Assembly (NCBI GenBank): GCA_016871805.1
Contig: VHCG01000012.1
Location: forward strand, 5,946 to 69,945
Origin: Verrucomicrobiota bacterium
Lineage (GTDB): Bacteria; Verrucomicrobiota; Verrucomicrobiia; Limisphaerales; UBA9464
Direction: 5' to 3'
DNA length: 64,000 bases
A program made the translations under genes and the position numbers. A model generated the notes under the pieces. That model was given only the letters and a program-made list of their open reading frames with translations, had not been told where the DNA came from and made no database searches. How positions within the stretch are numbered: the stretch's first letter is position 1; the number at the start of each line of letters is the position of its first letter. Positions 59,415 to 64,000 of the stretch are shown in pieces.

Positions 59415-59899
59415 CCGAGGACTCGTCCGAAAGCGAGCCGTACGTAGTTCCCGCCGTTTGGCAAAGGGCGAGGACCAAGGTGAGGACATGGCGGGATGCC
59501 GGCCAGGTCGGCCAGGGCATGAACCCGCTCAGAGTCGGGTTCCTAGGGCAGCCCAGCCAACAAGCTGTGAACAACGTGGCTGGTGGTCTGCTGCGTGCAG
59601 TCTAGCCTGAGGCGTTCCGACTGGATTCCCACCCGGAGTCGATCATGTGCTGCCCTTTAAAACCACGGCCTGGATTGGCCCATCATCCACCCCCCGTCCT
59701 CCAACGGAACCGCCGACCCCGGTGCCGCCCTCTCCGCGGCGGGCGTCGTCGGATCCGGACTCTGGAGGAGTGGATCGAGAAGGCGGCCCAGGACCTCGCT
59801 TCGGTCGTTGATGCGGAACTCGGTCGGCGATGATTCGGTGCGCCGGGAAACCCGTCGGCGGGGTATCGGGTCCAAGGTTGGAGCCCGTGGGAGGAGGCC

Positions 59900-61768
59900 T
59901 CAGGAGGGGGGGAACTGTGGCGTTGGCGGCCGCGACCATTCCAGCCAGAAGGAGAGCACGATCAGGGTCCAAAGGGCCCGTCCGTGGTCGGCACGCTTCG
60001 CAAGGTGCTCCTCGAACACTGATTGCGCGGCCTTGCGCGAGATGCCCACCGAGTCGAGGGCGCTGTCGGAAAGCCGATCTGCGGCCCAGGTCTTCAGAGG
60101 TCCCCGCAGCCAGGCCGCCAGCGGTACCGACAACCCCCGCTTGCGGCGGTGCACGATGGAGCGCGGGAGGTATCGGAGGGCGTAGTCCTTGAGAAAGGCT
60201 TTCGTGGTCAGCCCTCTCACCCGATCCGAGGCCTGGAGGGTCGCGGCATAGTCCAGGACCCCGAGGTCCAGGAACGGGGCACGCAGCTCCAGTGCGGAAC
60301 TCATGCCGGCCCGGTCCGCCTTCGTGAGGAGGCCCTCGGCAAGGCTCGTCTCAAGATCCAGCTGCTGGACCCGGTCCAGGAGTGCCGGTCCCTCGGGAAT
60401 CGGACCCGGGAGGGGCACTGGGTCGATGCCGAGACGGCGCAGAAGAGCCGGAGGGATGTTCGAGTTCCAGATCTGGTGACGCGTGATGCCGTCGAGGTCG
60501 GCACCGGCGACGAACCGCTTCAACAGGAAGGAGAGAGTGACCTTCTTGTCGCTGGGAGGCAGGGACTCGACGATCCTCTTGAACAGGGTTCGGACGGATC
60601 CCGGAAGGCGGTTGAAGGTCTCGGCCGCCCGGACACCCAGATAGGTGGGATACCCGCCGAACAGCTCATCGGCTCCTTCGCCGACGAGGGTCATCCGGAA
60701 GAATTGGGCGGCGGTCCGCGACAGCAGTGCCGCAGGAAGCCAGGCAGGATCCGCCAGCGGTTCCCCGACACGCCTTATCAGAAGGGGGAGTTCCCGGGCG
60801 AAGTCCTCGGGTCCGACCCAGATGGATTCAGCCCGGACACCGAGACGTTGGGCCACCTCCAGGGCGACATCTCCCTCGTCGAACGAGGCCTCCCCGAAGC
60901 GAACCGTGTAGCCGACCAGAGGTTTGGAGGGGTGGAGGGAGCGGGTCACGGCGGTGACCAGCGACGAGTCCAGGCCGCCGCTCAGGAATACGGCGAAGTC
61001 GATGTCGACATCGGTCTGTCGACGGACCGCCTCCCGAAAGACGGTGTCGAAGCCATCGACCGATGCGGCCTGCTTCGGCTGCTGGCTCATCGACCAGCGC
61101 CAGTACCGTCGGCGTTCAACCCGGCCCTGTTCCACGACCAGTCTCTCGCCGGGACCGATCTTTTCGACCTCCGTAAACGGGGACCTGGGTGCGGCAAAGT
61201 TACCGAACTGGAGATAGCTTCGGATGCCGGTCCCGGAAACGGTCAATGGCCCGGATCCCGACGAGGCGAGTGCCGCGATCTCGCTGGCGAAAGTCAGACG
61301 ATGGGCATCCTGGCGGAAGAAGAGGGGACGTTCCCCGGTGCGGTCCCGGGCGAGGAGCAGCCTGCCGCGGCGGGGGTCCCAGACGGCTAGGGCGAAGGCC
61401 CCAACCAGACGTTCGAGGAACCCATCCCCCAGCTCGAGGTACATCCCGGGCAGGACCTCGACGTCGCTTCCCGGGGGGACGGAACGTCCCCGGGCCTCCA
61501 GCCAGGCTCGAAGCTCCCTGTGGTTGTCGATCTCGCCGTTGCAGACCACGACGACGCCGGATGTGGGGTCGATCGAGGGCTGGCTGGGGTGGTCGATGCC
61601 CCGGACGGCTAGACGGGTGGCCCCCAGGACGACCGGGCCGGACGCCGCCGAGCCGACAGCATTGGGTCCCCGGTGCCGAAGTGCCTCCAGCATCGTGTCC
61701 ACCCGTTCCTGGAAGCGGTCGGATTTCGCTGCGGCCTCGAGGCCCAGGATTCCACAGATCCCGCACAT
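59900..61768 (-). CDS. asnB: asparagine synthase (glutamine-hydrolysing) family amidotransferase
   Basis: N-terminal MCGICG (Ntn Cys), PP-loop FLSGGLDSS; 622 aa. It starts 2 nt after the GT39 stop. Confidence 0.9.
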   Translation of the reverse strand: MCGICGILGLEAAAKSDRFQERVDTMLEALRHRGPNAVGSAASGPVVLGATRLAVRGIDHPSQPSIDPTSGVVVVCNGEIDNHRELRAWLEARGRSVPPGSDVEVLPGMYLELGDGFLERLVGAFALAVWDPRRGRLLLARDRTGERPLFFRQDAHRLTFASEIAALASSGSGPLTVSGTGIRSYLQFGNFAAPRSPFTEVEKIGPGERLVVEQGRVERRRYWRWSMSQQPKQAASVDGFDTVFREAVRRQTDVDIDFAVFLSGGLDSSLVTAVTRSLHPSKPLVGYTVRFGEASFDEGDVALEVAQRLGVRAESIWVGPEDFARELPLLIRRVGEPLADPAWLPAALLSRTAAQFFRMTLVGEGADELFGGYPTYLGVRAAETFNRLPGSVRTLFKRIVESLPPSDKKVTLSFLLKRFVAGADLDGITRHQIWNSNIPPALLRRLGIDPVPLPGPIPEGPALLDRVQQLDLETSLAEGLLTKADRAGMSSALELRAPFLDLGVLDYAATLQASDRVRGLTTKAFLKDYALRYLPRSIVHRRKRGLSVPLAAWLRGPLKTWAADRLSDSALDSVGISRKAAQSVFEEHLAKRADHGRALWTLIVLSFWLEWSRPPTPQFPPS

Positions 61769-61769
61769 T

Positions 61770-63491
61770 TCAGAGGGTCTCCTTCGGTAGGATCAGGGCC
61801 CCGTGATATCCCTGATAGAATCTCTGGAGCGTGGCGCCATGGCGGGCTGCTAGTTCCTTCAGCCAGGGTGCGTCATGGCGCTGGACGACCACATAGACGG
61901 GAGTCTTCACCTCGCTGAACCAGTCGAAAAACCGGTCCACATCGACGATTCCAGGCGGGCGCTCCGGCCGCTGTGCCAGGCTGTACTTCACGTAGTTGCT
62001 GGCGAGTTCGCCGCCGTCCCGGGTCACCAGGGTGCCTGTCCTTCGAAGGTAGAAGGGAAGGCCGACTGGCATGCAGTGGTAGAAGACAATTTCCGTGTCG
62101 TCCGGGAGTCGGGGCATGGTCATGGACATCCTCCGAGCCGACCGGCTGTCGTAGACCGCCATCAGCACGTCCGATCCCAGCGTGATCGCCAGCATTGGAA
62201 ACGCGGCAAACGCGACGGCCGACCAGGCCGGCCTCCGGATCCACCAACCCATGATCGCGATGAATCCCACGAGGCCGGTCAGGCCGAGGAGGGGCAGCCA
62301 GACGGCCTGGATCCGCCCCGGGTCGATGTCGGGATTGGTCCGGATCGTCCGCAGGATCGGTTCCCCGAAGAGACCGATGACAAGGGTCGCGACAAGCGTG
62401 ATCGAGGCCAGCGCCAGGGTTCCGGTCCGGACGAGGCGTCGTTCGGGACCTGACGGGTCGGCAATGGCCCGGTCGATGATGCGGCCCACCAGCCAGCCCC
62501 AAGGGACGGCAATGCTCATGACGTACCCGGGCAGCTTGGACTTCGACAACGAGAAGAACCCCACCACCACGAGAATCCAGACGATCGCGAACCGGGTCAC
62601 GGGGCCGAGGGGTCTCTGGCGTCGGACCCTCAGGAGGATCGCCCCGGGCAGCATCAGGCTCCAGGGGAGGAAGGTTGCGGGGACGACCCAGGCGTAGAAG
62701 TAGAAGGGCTGGGTGCGATGGAACTTCGCCGTTGTGAACCGGTTGAAGGTCTCCTCCACCAGCCCGTAGTGGGGGAAGTCGGGCTGGGCGATCGAGACGC
62801 CCACGAACCACGGCAGGACGACCGCCAAGAAGGCGGCGGCATTCATCGGGTGGAGCATCCGGAGGATGGCGCGGGGGCGTCCCTCGACCATGTGGTGGAC
62901 GATCAGCACGAGGGCCGGTACGGCAAAGCCCACCGGTCCCTTGACCAGCGTTCCCAGACCCGCGGCGATGGCCGCAACGAGGAGCCAGCCCCTGCGTGGG
63001 CCCCCGGGTGAGGCCTCCGCGAGGTGTCCGGCCAGGATGGAGCCGCAGACGAACAGGGTAAGCGCGACGTCGAAGATGATCGTGCGCGCATGGATGACGA
63101 AGAGAGGTGTTGTGGCGGTGACCAGCACCGCGATCGCCGCGGCTCTCCGACCGAGGCGTCCTCGCGCGAAGAGCCAGGAGATTCCAAGTGTTCCGAAGGC
63201 GAAGAGGACCGATGGCAGACGCGCTGCGAATTCGGTGTCACCGAACGCCGCCAGCGAAAGGGCGACGGCCTTGAAGTAGAATGCGGGCTTGTCGAGGTAC
63301 ACTTGCCCGTTGTGGGTGGGTACCAGCCAAGCGCCACGCTCCTTCATCTCCCGCGCCACCTCCGCGTTCCGGCCCTCGTCGGGCTGGATCAGAGGTAGGC
63401 TCCCCATCTGGAACGTGATCGTCAGCAGCGCCACCACGAGGGCGAATGCAAGCCAGATCCCGTCGTTCCGCGACGGTGGCGGTGACGTCAT
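61770..63491 (-). CDS. GT39/ArnT-like polyprenyl-phosphate-dependent glycosyltransferase (PMT_2)
   Basis: A multi-TM protein. The first loop reads LIQPDEGRNAEVAREM, followed by YLDKPAFYF; 573 aa. Confidence 0.85.
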   Translation of the reverse strand: MTSPPPSRNDGIWLAFALVVALLTITFQMGSLPLIQPDEGRNAEVAREMKERGAWLVPTHNGQVYLDKPAFYFKAVALSLAAFGDTEFAARLPSVLFAFGTLGISWLFARGRLGRRAAAIAVLVTATTPLFVIHARTIIFDVALTLFVCGSILAGHLAEASPGGPRRGWLLVAAIAAGLGTLVKGPVGFAVPALVLIVHHMVEGRPRAILRMLHPMNAAAFLAVVLPWFVGVSIAQPDFPHYGLVEETFNRFTTAKFHRTQPFYFYAWVVPATFLPWSLMLPGAILLRVRRQRPLGPVTRFAIVWILVVVGFFSLSKSKLPGYVMSIAVPWGWLVGRIIDRAIADPSGPERRLVRTGTLALASITLVATLVIGLFGEPILRTIRTNPDIDPGRIQAVWLPLLGLTGLVGFIAIMGWWIRRPAWSAVAFAAFPMLAITLGSDVLMAVYDSRSARRMSMTMPRLPDDTEIVFYHCMPVGLPFYLRRTGTLVTRDGGELASNYVKYSLAQRPERPPGIVDVDRFFDWFSEVKTPVYVVVQRHDAPWLKELAARHGATLQRFYQGYHGALILPKETL

Positions 63492-63723
63492 CGCATTGAT
63501 GATGAGAGCCTAAATTGATGCCGCACCGTGGCAATCAAATCCCGGTTTGGAGACCCCTCCGGCAGATGGATTCCCCGCGTGTCTCCCGTGCGCCACGACG
63601 GCCCCGGCGTTCCGGCGGGGCGTGTCCGTGTCGAGACCAATTTTCGTCCACTTCCTTGTTGACCGTCATTGGGGGCAACAGAGAGAAGATTCAGTATTAC
63701 ATCCGTCGCCTTTCCGACATCGC

Positions 63724-64000
63724 ATGCCTAGAGGTTCCAGAACGACCCGTCCTGCCAGCCGGCCCACCGCCGCCAGCACCAAGTACGACGCCCACCATCG
63801 CGTCCTCAACACGACCTATGGATCCTTCGCGGATCTTCGCCGGGAACTGGCGGACTCCCGGGAGAAGGTCGCCGAGCGTGAGGCGGTGCTGAAGCTGCTC
63901 GGATCCTGTGGGGACCCCCAGCGGGCCTACCTCCTGTTCGACGACTACCTCGAGAAGCTCGCGCTGCGGCGGGGTGACTTCGGTGCCACCGACTGGTGGT
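63724..64000 (+). CDS. hypothetical protein (partial, runs off right edge)
   Basis: ATG at 63724 opens MPRGSRTTRPASRPTAASTKYDAHHRVLNTTYGSFADLRRELADSREKVAEREAVLKLLGSCGDPQRAYLLFDDYLEKLALRRGDFGATDWW..., open to the window end. It is not in the ORF track because there is no stop. No family recognised. Confidence 0.4.
   Translation, partial: MPRGSRTTRPASRPTAASTKYDAHHRVLNTTYGSFADLRRELADSREKVAEREAVLKLLGSCGDPQRAYLLFDDYLEKLALRRGDFGATDWW

Noticed and set aside
59530-59560. A sigma-54-like TGGC...TGC element (ttggctgggctgccc on the minus strand) upstream of the ABC operon.
   Set aside because: The GG-to-GC spacing is about three nt too short for the TGGCAC-N5-TTGC consensus.
1-64000. CRISPR arrays, transposases, integrases, prophage blocks and rRNA operons.
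   Set aside because: None recognised. No regularly spaced direct repeats and no DDE, tyrosine-recombinase or serine-recombinase-like translations were seen in any listed ORF. The tRNA-Leu has no adjacent integrase or island-like content.

Overview
High-GC (roughly two thirds G+C, judged by eye) chromosomal segment. It carries PVC-superphylum hallmarks: a giant PSCyt/DUF1549/DUF1553 protein and a prepilin-type H-X9-DG protein. The source is most likely a Verrucomicrobiota-like organism. I call about 50 protein genes, mostly housekeeping:
- RNA, DNA and translation: rlmN, rlmI, dus, a UvrD-like helicase, hrpB, infC, and the rpmH-rnpA-yidD-yidC-jag cluster.
- Metabolism: thiH, asd, moeB, galM, cysC, asnB, a ROK glucokinase and an Hsp70 paralog.
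- Envelope: hldD, an AsmA-like giant, GT2, GT39 and an OmpA-like protein.

There are two RNA genes, tRNA-Leu(UAA) and RNase P RNA. I saw no rRNA, CRISPR array, transposase, integrase or phage block.

Three real genes are missing from the ORF track. They are rpmH (45 aa) and two partial CDSs that run off the window edges.

The most unusual signal is local gene decay. A translationally coupled ABC-HlyD-TolC-beta-propeller export operon (53.5-59.4 kb) carries about nine frameshifts or in-frame stops. Its ATPase motifs are also all substituted, while both flanks are intact. Two further genes are disrupted: mgtC by an in-frame TGA, and a low-GC acyltransferase-3 gene by a T7 tract.

Other points worth a second look:
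- an AT-rich, hairpin-dense 340-nt region upstream of cysC;
- twin CAAC-N9-GTTG palindromes upstream of the Hsp70 gene;
- an orphan HTH protein.

I did not find a convincing intact novel multi-gene system. All calls come from reading the sequence and translations by eye. Frameshift positions are approximate and family assignments are motif-based, not search-based.
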